Shown here: positions 15,921 through 24,548 of the stretch, piece after piece | Numbering within the stretch: position 1 is the stretch's first letter | How the letters are laid out: each line of letters opens with the position of its first letter | From: a virus | Taxonomy: Duplodnaviria; Caudoviricetes | Strand: one strand, 5' to 3' | DNA length: 27,467 nt | IMG/VR virus record: IMGVR_UViG_3300009566_000016 | Location: 1-27,467 of that record | Translations under genes and position numbers: made by a program | Notes under the pieces: generated by a model | Told to the model about the DNA's origin: nothing | The model's database searches: none | Seen by the model: only the letters and a program-made list of their open reading frames with translations

Positions 15921-16898
15921 TTAGCTTACGACATCATAAGCATAGAAGCCCAGATCTGGGGCTACTATCTTGAAGTCGAAGCTCATCTCTGCTTCAATTC
16001 TGTCCGAGCTGCGTGTCTCTACCCTGAACTTCTTGATCCTCGAACCTATGGCCGAGTTGCCAAACCTGCCCGTCCAGGCGAAGTTATAGCCTGCAGAAGG
16101 CTTCTCAAGGCTTGGCTCTTTCTCAGCATAACAGAGCAGGATCTTCTTGCTCATGATTCTGGAGTAAGAGGCGGTTGCTCCCTTGGCTGCTGAGTTATAG
16201 ATGGCCTTAGGGACAAGCACCCTCTCGACACCGAACAACGAGGCCAGAATATCAGTTGTCACTATACCGCGCTGGGTATACTTTATCTGATCCTTTATCT
16301 CTGCTGCTGTTTTCAGAGTCGGCATAACGTTAGCAGCTATTACCATCACGTTCGGGTCTCTGCCTGTTACGCCCGAGATCAGCTCCTTCCAATCCTCGAC
16401 GTTCTTTAGGATTGTAGAGCCGCTTGCGTCCCACTGCTTGAACTCGTTCGTGGATGGTGAGCCTGACACTCCCTGATATGTATTGCCCCAGACAGAGCCT
16501 GTCATAAACTTAGAGGCAAACATGCGCTCTCTCTTGATGAGCATCTTCTGCATACAGAACTGCATGGCGTCTTTTTCTGGGTTCATCGGAGGCTGACTGT
16601 TGGCTCTTGTGTCATCATCGACATCCTTGTGGAAAGCGAAGTTCCTGCAGTTGTAGGTGTTCGTCAGGTCTATTTCATAGTCTCCGCCTTCTGACTCTGC
16701 ACCTGGTGCTCTCTCCTTGGCCTCATCCCTCATTATGTCTTCTTTCAGATAGACCGGATAGATGTCCGACTTGAAGACTACAGGCACTGTCGGGAAGACC
16801 TGAGTAGATATGAAGCTCGTCTCATCCTGGGCATACTTAACGGCCAGATTGCTCAAAACGCCATTAACATGGACATCCCCTGCGCTTGGTCTTGGCAT
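15921..16898 (-). CDS. Major capsid protein (HK97 fold)
   Basis: 325 aa; DVHVNGVLSNLAVKY, VFPTVPV, RAPGAES, GRDPNVMVI, LASLFGVERV, PSAGYNF, KIVAPDLG; GGAGGTGA SD; expected position. Confidence 0.92.
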   Translation of the reverse strand: MPRPSAGDVHVNGVLSNLAVKYAQDETSFISTQVFPTVPVVFKSDIYPVYLKEDIMRDEAKERAPGAESEGGDYEIDLTNTYNCRNFAFHKDVDDDTRANSQPPMNPEKDAMQFCMQKMLIKRERMFASKFMTGSVWGNTYQGVSGSPSTNEFKQWDASGSTILKNVEDWKELISGVTGRDPNVMVIAANVMPTLKTAAEIKDQIKYTQRGIVTTDILASLFGVERVLVPKAIYNSAAKGATASYSRIMSKKILLCYAEKEPSLEKPSAGYNFAWTGRFGNSAIGSRIKKFRVETRSSDRIEAEMSFDFKIVAPDLGFYAYDVVS

Positions 16899-16912
16899 TC
16901 TTCATCACCTCC

Positions 16913-17773
16913 CTATGCTGTCACCGTTTCTTCCAAGACCAGCACCAGCGACACCCTGCCCTCAATGAAAGTCGTAGTTGAGGCTGCAACTATGCTGATG
17001 GTGTCGGTATCACCAAACTCATTGTCAGCTGTTATGGCTGAAGCATCTACAGTCTTGCCTTTGGGCGTCATGTTAGCGCTCGTTAGGGCAATCTCACCGC
17101 CCGTTGTTGGTGTACTTCCAATTTCAGGATGCAGGGTTGATGCCTTGCTTCCCGTAGTGGCTGCCGTCTCAACAGCTGCAGAGAATCCTACAATCTTGCC
17201 AGCATACCCAGGCGTCCAATCTGTAAGGATATCACCATCTGCGATAGATGCAAGGTCGCATCCTAAGCAGAAGATAGACTTGCCCTTTGCATTGGCCCAT
17301 GCTGGGTTTTTGCCAGCTCCACCAGTCTTGAACAACTGGTTTTCTGTGCCTGGTGCAAGGACCACCCACGATGAACCATTGTAGTACAGGATGTCTCCCT
17401 GAACTCCTGCTGGGAATGCTCCCGGAGTCTGCGGGAACATGAACACATAGTGCTCTTCATTGTTCGAGCCATCTTCAAGAGCAACGGCCACGATGGAATC
17501 GCTGCCTGTTGCGGTTACGAGCTTGCCTGTAGAGTCCGAAGCGAGCGCATCGTTAGAAGTGACTGAGCCACCATAGACGGCTTTGGAAAGTCCGAGGCCC
17601 ATTACCTGGCCGATCTCTCCGCTTGCAGGCGCATCCTGAACTATGCCGATACAGCGAGCCCCAGCAGTTCCTTTGATGATAGTTCCTGAGCTGAGCTTTA
17701 CAGCATGGTATCTGGCTACAACCAAAGACTCGCCAGCGGTCATGCTGAACGTTAGAACAGGAATCTCACCCAT
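16913..17773 (-). CDS. Capsid cement/decoration protein (DUF2190-like) with C-terminal extension
   Basis: AGESL...AVKL...IGIVQD...GLSKAVYGGSV...LASDSTGKLV...VAVALE, then GDILYYNGSSW and a beta-rich domain. Confidence 0.75.
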   Translation of the reverse strand: MGEIPVLTFSMTAGESLVVARYHAVKLSSGTIIKGTAGARCIGIVQDAPASGEIGQVMGLGLSKAVYGGSVTSNDALASDSTGKLVTATGSDSIVAVALEDGSNNEEHYVFMFPQTPGAFPAGVQGDILYYNGSSWVVLAPGTENQLFKTGGAGKNPAWANAKGKSIFCLGCDLASIADGDILTDWTPGYAGKIVGFSAAVETAATTGSKASTLHPEIGSTPTTGGEIALTSANMTPKGKTVDASAITADNEFGDTDTISIVAASTTTFIEGRVSLVLVLEETVTA

Positions 17774-18794
17774 AGCGAATCACCGGCAGAAGCCCTGCAT
17801 CTACACGAGCCTTTTCTTCTTTGCTATACCTCTCATAGAGCTCTGAGTCACCATCCAGAATCTTGGCTATGGCATCCTGGAAGCTCATATTTTCAGAAGA
17901 CTTGTTGAGGAGCTGCCTGGCTTTGCTGAACACTTCCATTGCCACTGTTCCGGCTCTCTCGCCCTTGGCTACTCTGCCAGTCTCCCTCATGGTTTCAGAA
18001 TCGGCAACCATCTTGTTAGCCGACTTGAGAACATTGAATAACTGATCGAACTCCTCTGGATGGCCCTCTCCAAGAGCCATCAGAGTCTTATGGAAGTCCT
18101 GAGGAATGGGCAGATCGCTTAGCTCATCAGCCTTCTTGAGGTAGATGCCTTCAGTCTTCTCCATCTGCAGGCCCTTGATTGCAATATCAGAAGCTGCCGC
18201 TCTCTTATTGGCTGCCTCCATGTCCGAATGCATCTTCAGAACAAGAGCTGTTAGAGCTGGATTGGTGCCTTCGAGAGCTTTTTTAAGCTCCTTCTTGCTC
18301 ATCTTTCCGACATCAGGATACCCATATCCCTGATCGTCGTCCTTCTTGTCATCCTTCTTTCCGTCTCCGCTACCCCTGCCGTCTCCATTGCCATTTCCGC
18401 CCTGTCCCTGTCCATTGCCTGCTTTCTGCTGCTGTTGCTGTTGCTGCTTATCATCAGGCAGCTTCAGATCGCAAGCCTTGGCCAGGATTTCAAGCGCATT
18501 CTCCGGCAGATTGTCTTTATAGGACTTGAGCACCCTGGCGGCTCCCACAATGCCTTCCAGGGCTTCATCGTCCAATTTGAGATCCTTTAAGACTTTATCC
18601 AGGTCCTCGTCTGGGGTCTCAAGGATACTCTTCAATATGTCTTCATTCAATTCGATTTTCCTCACCAAATCACCACTTTTAATCAAACAATACGTTTTTT
18701 TGTTTGCACCTCGTGTAACAAAGGATATTTCGTCTAACTTGACTGCAGTTAGATCAAAATCTTTAAACAGTTCTACTAAACCTGATGGGAACAC
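17766..18794 (-). CDS. Capsid scaffold protein (XkdF-associated)
   Basis: N-terminal LDEISFVTRGANKK motif, polyQ/GN linker, YGYP, coiled coil, and C-terminal AIAKIL...ELYERY capsid-binding helix. GTG 18794 follows GAGGT (the ORF track starts at 18809). Confidence 0.8.
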   Translation of the reverse strand: MFPSGLVELFKDFDLTAVKLDEISFVTRGANKKTYCLIKSGDLVRKIELNEDILKSILETPDEDLDKVLKDLKLDDEALEGIVGAARVLKSYKDNLPENALEILAKACDLKLPDDKQQQQQQQKAGNGQGQGGNGNGDGRGSGDGKKDDKKDDDQGYGYPDVGKMSKKELKKALEGTNPALTALVLKMHSDMEAANKRAAASDIAIKGLQMEKTEGIYLKKADELSDLPIPQDFHKTLMALGEGHPEEFDQLFNVLKSANKMVADSETMRETGRVAKGERAGTVAMEVFSKARQLLNKSSENMSFQDAIAKILDGDSELYERYSKEEKARVDAGLLPVIRYG

Positions 18795-21700
18795 GCTTAC
18801 CTCTCCCACCTATCGAAAACGCCTTGTAGATGCCTCTCTTAATCAGGCTCCAAATCCGCTCGTCAAGAACTTTGCAGCAGATCCACCAGCTGCCTTTCTT
18901 GATCAGCTCGCCATTGAACCAAAAATCCTTCTCGGCAATGCGGGATTTCAAAAGATCGACTTTGACTTTGATCTTTGTGTGGCGATCACGGAACTCCTTA
19001 ACGTAATTAGAGAAGTCCTCCGCCATCTGCTTTATCTCATCAGCAGAAAGCCTGTCGCCCTGGGCGTCTATCGAGTCTGGTTCGCTTATCACGCCACAAA
19101 CCACATGGTTATCAGAATCGGCTTTTGTTAGAATCTCGGCGTGATATTCCTTACTCAGGAAACTATCGACATTTAATATTTGCGGGACATTTCCTGGCGT
19201 GGAGCACCAAACTAGATACTCCTGTCCCTTTTTCTTGAGTTCCTCCAGAACTGATTCAACCGTATGTGTTTTTGTGTACGGTTCCTGCGATTCTGGCTTG
19301 TTGATGATCCAGGCTCTTGCCCCATCTGCAACCGGTGCATACTGAATTATAACCCGGCCCTTCATCTTTGAGCCATGCAGGAAAAATTCTCTGCCATGCA
19401 ATCTGGCATAGCTGAAATCATAGTCTCCGCAGTCCAGCTCGAAGAACTTGGCATATTTGTCAGAGGTCGCCCCTACGCTCCCAGGCTGAGAGATCAGAGG
19501 CTTGTCGTGAGCTATTGTAAGCCAGGCGTGGGGCTGCTCAAGCTTCCAGGTTCCTTGGAGTGAGTCTGTGGCTGGCAGGTGTGTTAATCTCTCGAATCCC
19601 TGGCCTTTGTTTTGAATCTCTTTGGTGGATCCCTCGAAAATCGTGAATCCCCAGAGACGTTTCTTATCGATTTCCAAACGCAAATCGCAATGCACTGAAT
19701 GATTAGTCTTTAGCAGTTCCTCATGACTGAGCCCCAGCTCATTCTTCGATAATCCCCGCCAGTGAGCATGCAAAACAAACCTTCCATGCCCCTGCTTCGG
19801 AATCATCTCTTGCCAGTAGCTTTCATAATTCCGAAGAGCTACGGCAGATCTGGTATCTCCTCCCTCGCTGAGGTCCTCCAAAGCTGCCTCCTGCAGCTTG
19901 GCCATTACCTTCTTCAATTTGCGGGCGACCTCGCCAGAGTCGCCGTATTTATACACGGCCGCAGGGTGAGGCATTACAGCATCAATGATATCTTCCAGGA
20001 CCCGGGCAGATTGCTTGCCGAGAGCAACGATAAGCCGAGGATTGAGATCATACAGCTGCTTCGTCAGGTGCGGTTCCCAGGCTCTTACCTCACAATCGTA
20101 AGGCCCTCTCTGAACTCCCTTTTCATAGAGCACTTCAGGAACCAGGTAGAGGACAGCCACATTCTCTTTTTTGAGCCCTATTGGATCGAGGTATAGCTTG
20201 CTGAATGTCTCTCCTGGAACACCTACCATAGCCTCTCTTCTGTTCCTTTCAGCTTCGGTGGGCGTAGCGGCTATGAAGGCTATTTTTGCTCCTTTTGGTG
20301 TCCAGGCTGGAACATCCCCTTTGCCAACCTCGACTTTGAGGATGTGACCGCGCCTTGCGAGATCTATTGCCTGCTGAACTGAATAAGCAGGCCTACTCCA
20401 GTCCGGCCCGAATACCTTCGGCTTACCCCATGCGAGTTTTCTATTTCCGTTATCATTTAGTACGAGAAGCTCTTCTATGCGAACGTTTAGAGTGTCACCG
20501 ACTTTGGCCTTATAATCGGTAACAAAAGTCTTTCCTAGGGCGAGATATTCTTTAGAGCTCAGCTTTACGGTTTTATTGCTGAAATCTGAAGATCCACCCA
20601 ACAGGCCGCATAGATAACTCTGGCCATTCTTTCTGTTTTCAACTTCGAGAACGGCTACCTTAATTTCAAAGACTGTCTTGAATTTTGCCCAGTCATCGCT
20701 GCCGCCTTGATGGTATGGTTTGGTCAGATCCTTTACTACGAGCCCCTCACTAGTTACCTGAGATGCAGCCCACTTGCCAATGATCTCAAGTCCCTTCTCA
20801 TCCGAGAACTTGCGAACCTCAGACCTTTTGATTAAAGGCGAATTGATGTCATGGACTACCGCCTCAATTATCGGCTGCCTGTCTCCCAATGGCCTCTCGC
20901 TGAGATCCTCGCCGTCTAGATTTAGACAGTCGAAAACCATATACTGAGGCTTGAATGCTGGATGCCCTGACAACATTTCTAAGAGTTGTGTCCTCGGTAC
21001 GATCATTCCAGCCTTGGTGGTGGCAAGCATCTCGCCATCCAGGATAAGCGTCTTGTAACCTGTGGCCTTGATCGCTGCCACCAGCTCGGGGAGATGACTT
21101 GCTCGATCCTCTTGGGAATCCTCAAACCAGGCTGAGACCTGGCCTTCTTTCAGAGTTACAACACAGCGGAAGCCGTCATACTTGACCTCGCCGCCCAGCC
21201 TGGCTTTAGCCTTGAGCTTCTTCTGGCACCACGGCCACAGCTCCTTAGTATCGAAGTATTCGGTGACTCCGGCCATCAATGGCTTCTCTGGGGCAAAATG
21301 ATCTCCAGGCTGCAAAGACTTGATTATCTGCTTGACGGCCTCTTCTCTCCGGAGAACTAAGGAATAGATCGGTATATTATCGGCATGAGGCCCCTGCGGG
21401 TTGTCTATAAAATGAAGCGGCTGGGACTTGTCGGGCGATAACAGCTTACGGAGAGGCAGCCAGACATTTTCAGCCTGGATCTCAAAATAATCTCCTGTGC
21501 TGTCTCGCCTGGCCCTCAATAAGACATCTATGTCCTTTGCCTGGTCCTTTGACTTTGACACGGCAGATCCTACAATTGAGGCGAAATTGTGGACCAGGAC
21601 GACCTCTCTTGGGAGAGAGTCAAGGGCCTTCGATAAATCTTCAGGAATTGCCCTTTTTGCCTTTAGCGCTAAAGCAGCCTGGGCGAGCGGCTTCGTAGGA

Positions 21701-21885
21701 TCGATCTCTCGGTTGATCTTGCCCATAGCCTCAATGACCCAGATGGCCGCATTGACGTAATTCTCAACTGCTTTTCCATGCTTGGCAGCTGCATTGTACC
21801 ACTGATTCAAGCGCAGCCAGGCCTGCCCAATTTCATTGTCAGGAGCCTCCGCTAAGTTTGGCGGAGTCATATCTTCCAGCTTCAT
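18763..21885 (-). CDS. Polyprotein: nucleotidyltransferase, ATP-dependent DNA ligase, UDG-like, LigD 3'-phosphoesterase, XkdF prohead protease
   Basis: GS(106-107)...DID(118-120); ligase motifs KYDGFR (K235), LDGE, FDCL, EGLVVK, WAKFK; UDG family-4-like PRLIVALG...HPAA (640-643); FVLHAH...HCDLRLE...LHGSKMKG...WIINK; EPDSIDAQGD...H969...GSWW...AFSIGG (S1024). Confidence 0.88.
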   Translation of the reverse strand: MKLEDMTPPNLAEAPDNEIGQAWLRLNQWYNAAAKHGKAVENYVNAAIWVIEAMGKINREIDPTKPLAQAALALKAKRAIPEDLSKALDSLPREVVLVHNFASIVGSAVSKSKDQAKDIDVLLRARRDSTGDYFEIQAENVWLPLRKLLSPDKSQPLHFIDNPQGPHADNIPIYSLVLRREEAVKQIIKSLQPGDHFAPEKPLMAGVTEYFDTKELWPWCQKKLKAKARLGGEVKYDGFRCVVTLKEGQVSAWFEDSQEDRASHLPELVAAIKATGYKTLILDGEMLATTKAGMIVPRTQLLEMLSGHPAFKPQYMVFDCLNLDGEDLSERPLGDRQPIIEAVVHDINSPLIKRSEVRKFSDEKGLEIIGKWAASQVTSEGLVVKDLTKPYHQGGSDDWAKFKTVFEIKVAVLEVENRKNGQSYLCGLLGGSSDFSNKTVKLSSKEYLALGKTFVTDYKAKVGDTLNVRIEELLVLNDNGNRKLAWGKPKVFGPDWSRPAYSVQQAIDLARRGHILKVEVGKGDVPAWTPKGAKIAFIAATPTEAERNRREAMVGVPGETFSKLYLDPIGLKKENVAVLYLVPEVLYEKGVQRGPYDCEVRAWEPHLTKQLYDLNPRLIVALGKQSARVLEDIIDAVMPHPAAVYKYGDSGEVARKLKKVMAKLQEAALEDLSEGGDTRSAVALRNYESYWQEMIPKQGHGRFVLHAHWRGLSKNELGLSHEELLKTNHSVHCDLRLEIDKKRLWGFTIFEGSTKEIQNKGQGFERLTHLPATDSLQGTWKLEQPHAWLTIAHDKPLISQPGSVGATSDKYAKFFELDCGDYDFSYARLHGREFFLHGSKMKGRVIIQYAPVADGARAWIINKPESQEPYTKTHTVESVLEELKKKGQEYLVWCSTPGNVPQILNVDSFLSKEYHAEILTKADSDNHVVCGVISEPDSIDAQGDRLSADEIKQMAEDFSNYVKEFRDRHTKIKVKVDLLKSRIAEKDFWFNGELIKKGSWWICCKVLDERIWSLIKRGIYKAFSIGGRGKRVPIRFSRTV

Positions 21886-21888
21886 TAT

Positions 21889-23421
21889 CTATGCCTCCGC
21901 TTTCCTTGCCTCTGCCTCTGCCTCTGCCTCTGTCTCTGCCTTTGCGTTCTGTGAGATTGCGCTTGCTTTCTTTCTTCTGCTACCGGCTCTCTTGTGCTTG
22001 ACTACAATCTTTCCTTTAGCGGTTGCTTTTGCATTCTCTCCGCCTTCAGCTCCTTCGTCTATTGTATTCTCTGAAGGTTGCGGGCCGACTGCGATATCAG
22101 GCGGTGCTACAGGCTTCAGCGGTAGGTCAGCCTGGCCGCGCAGATGATTCTCAACAAGCAGATCGTCTTTGATGCTGAGAACTTCTGAGAGATTCTTGAT
22201 GTAGTTCGCAAGCTGCTCCAAAGTCGGAGTGTCCAGCTTTCCGTGCTGAGCAGGCGGCAGCTCATCCAGATCGTCAAACTCAGGATTGTATTCGAATAGC
22301 TTCGGCCTTGCATAGGCATTGATGACACCGAACACTTCGTCCAGAATAGCAGTTAACCCTTGAGTGAAGAGCTTGGCCTTGGTCTCTGACAGAGCATAAG
22401 ATCCTTGCCTTTGAGATCCTAACAACATGAAGTCAGCCAATAGCGTTAGGGCCATCCTGGTCTCATATCTTGTGATAATTCGAGTGGTGTCAAACTGCCT
22501 TGTTCCAGGAGCGGCTACCAGCTTCAATTCATACTGGCGCTGGCCGTTCTCATAACACTCGGATGGAAGGAGAATGCCTTCCATTTCATCCCTGCGAGTC
22601 TTTGTTACGACTTTCAGATAATCCTCATTGGCCGCCAATGAAGCTTCATCGTCGGGATCGGGGTCGGCGATATCTCCAGGCACGTAAAGCACTGGATACC
22701 CGGGAAGATCACGCTCGGCACCTATGCCTTCCAGATCTTCTATGCGAGTTTTGTTAAGCCATGAACGAACGCAGCCCCTAAGAAGCGATGTGCCTTCTGG
22801 GTTACCCTTGATGCCTCGAACTCTGAACAGCAGACCCTTTGTGATCGGCAAGAATATTTCTTCATAATCTGGCGGCGCGCTCTGAATCCAGCCCAGCAGC
22901 TTGTCTGATCCTTCAAGGTACTTCCATTCCTGCAAAGAGTCCTGGGCTCTCGGTGCCCAGCCTTTCCAGCTTACGCGGCCGTCTTTGTATTGTGATCTGA
23001 ACTTGCCTTCCTTCTGCCTCGGTCCTCTTCGATACTTGTAGTTTATTTCGAGGAATGACCACCCAAGCTCCATGCAGGAGAGGATTTCATTCATTGTCTG
23101 CGGCCAGGTAAAGTCCATGTCATAGAAACAGCTCTGATAGAACTCGGCTGCTTTTATGTCTAATGGATCGTCTGATAATGGTTTCACAAAAACTGGAACC
23201 TGCGTGGCTAAGGTCTTTGCTGCATACAGCATTCCTGCAATGATGGCCTCATTCGTGGCCATCTTGGTGTAGACCTTAATTCCCTGCAGGCCCTGCAGCT
23301 TCGAGTCCCATTCTTCAGAGATTATGCCACCGTATCTTTGTAAGCCTGTTCGACCAAGCTCCTCAAAGATTCCTGGCTCTCTCTTTGTTAGTCTGCTATT
23401 CTTTTTCGCTGATCTCCCCAT
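21889..23421 (-). CDS. Portal protein (DUF935/Mu gp29-like)
   Basis: ELGRTG, LGWSFLEINYK, GNPEGTSLLR, GIGAERDLPGYP, GSYALS; lies between terminase and protease; TGATG-coupled start at 23421. Confidence 0.92.
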   Translation of the reverse strand: MGRSAKKNSRLTKREPGIFEELGRTGLQRYGGIISEEWDSKLQGLQGIKVYTKMATNEAIIAGMLYAAKTLATQVPVFVKPLSDDPLDIKAAEFYQSCFYDMDFTWPQTMNEILSCMELGWSFLEINYKYRRGPRQKEGKFRSQYKDGRVSWKGWAPRAQDSLQEWKYLEGSDKLLGWIQSAPPDYEEIFLPITKGLLFRVRGIKGNPEGTSLLRGCVRSWLNKTRIEDLEGIGAERDLPGYPVLYVPGDIADPDPDDEASLAANEDYLKVVTKTRRDEMEGILLPSECYENGQRQYELKLVAAPGTRQFDTTRIITRYETRMALTLLADFMLLGSQRQGSYALSETKAKLFTQGLTAILDEVFGVINAYARPKLFEYNPEFDDLDELPPAQHGKLDTPTLEQLANYIKNLSEVLSIKDDLLVENHLRGQADLPLKPVAPPDIAVGPQPSENTIDEGAEGGENAKATAKGKIVVKHKRAGSRRKKASAISQNAKAETEAEAEAEARKAEA

Positions 23422-24005
23422 CAATACTCCCTCTCTCTCCAATGTGATCGTTTGGTGGCGTACCTCGCCCGCCTCGGCTTTATCTTCACTTCAAAATTGT
23501 TTAGTAACTCAAGACATCCGGTAACAGCAGACACAATATCATCATGCCTGCCTGGGAAATTCACAAACTCATAGACCAGGTCTTCGAACCAGCCGATACC
23601 CGCAGCGTAGTACATCTTATCTGAGGCACCCTTGGATGAAACCAACAAGGAGCGACTTGTCATATCCTCGCTGACTGGCACAGGAAAAAAAGCAACCTTC
23701 TTCAGCCTCGGATCGGTTACCAACTCCTGAAATGCCGAGAGCTGGAATCCGTTGGTCTCAACGCCTGCCAGTTTTACCCCTTGATGAAGTATCTCTCTTG
23801 TCAGCCGTTCTTTTGCAATCGGCCATTCCCAGCGGCCACGGAGGATATCCAGGATATAGAAGTTCTGTAGCTTGTCTAAGCCACATGTGGCAGCAACCGT
23901 GAAATCTGCCCTCGTTTTCCTGGATGTGGCCAGGTCGATGAACGTTCCAATTTTAAGTTCGTGATCATCGATAGCTGGCGCTCCTGTGGATTCAGCCTTC
24001 GACAT
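23421..24005 (-). CDS. terL: Terminase large subunit, C-terminal RNase H-like nuclease domain (separate gene)
   Basis: FIDLA...ADFTV, YILDILRGRW, GVETNGFQ, FPGRHDDIVSA; stop coupled to the portal start. Confidence 0.88.
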   Translation of the reverse strand: MSKAESTGAPAIDDHELKIGTFIDLATSRKTRADFTVAATCGLDKLQNFYILDILRGRWEWPIAKERLTREILHQGVKLAGVETNGFQLSAFQELVTDPRLKKVAFFPVPVSEDMTSRSLLVSSKGASDKMYYAAGIGWFEDLVYEFVNFPGRHDDIVSAVTGCLELLNNFEVKIKPRRARYATKRSHWREREY

Positions 24006-24136
24006 AGTCTTCAACTCTACAAACTTTTAGGACGAAAGCAGGGCTAATCCCCGCCTTTTCAAAGGCGGGATACAGCCCGTACCTATAACTTATCAATAGG
24101 GATATATACACATGGTGACCATATGCATAGCTCAGG

Positions 24137-24547
24137 ATGACTAAACAAGAGCATTGGGTGCGTGCAAGAGGATGCGTTTATAACGTGTATTACCACTTTG
24201 TATGGTCAACAAAGTATCGAAGGAAGGTTCTTGTAGGATCAATAGCAGAAGACCTTCATTGGCTACATGAATTGATCGCAGAGCAAAAAGGCATTACATT
24301 GATCAAGCAGGAGATCATGCCTGATCATGTTCATCTCTTCGTGACAGCTCATCCTATATTTGCTCCGGCCAACATCACCAAGATCTTCAAAGGTATTACT
24401 GCGAAGAAGCTCTTTGAAAAGCATCCTGAACTACGGGACCAGCTTTGGAATGGACATCTCTGGAACCCGTCATACTATGTCGGAACTTGTGGAGATGCGA
24501 CCAAAGATGTCATTGAACGCTATGTAGAGATGCAAAAGGTGAAGTGA
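24137..24547 (+). CDS. tnpA: Y1 HUH transposase TnpA
   Basis: YHFVWSTKYRRKVL, PDHVHLF (HUH), LWNPSYYVGTCG, IERYVEMQ (catalytic Tyr). Confidence 0.96.
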   Translation: MTKQEHWVRARGCVYNVYYHFVWSTKYRRKVLVGSIAEDLHWLHELIAEQKGITLIKQEIMPDHVHLFVTAHPIFAPANITKIFKGITAKKLFEKHPELRDQLWNGHLWNPSYYVGTCGDATKDVIERYVEMQKVK

Positions 24548-24548
24548 T

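Noticed and set aside
18760-18770. Programmed +1 frameshift at GTT-TAA fusing the polyprotein to the scaffold
   Set aside because: Val-tRNA re-pairing on TTT is poor, and the scaffold has its own SD and GTG at 18794.
21908-21940. TGCCTC hexamer run as a phase-variable repeat
   Set aside because: It is in frame and simply encodes the AETEAEAEAEA tail of the portal protein.
23520-23550. HDDIVSA instead of HDDxxDA as a sign of a dead terminase nuclease
   Set aside because: Active TerL proteins such as T4 gp17 also lack the final Asp in this motif; the other acidic residues are present.
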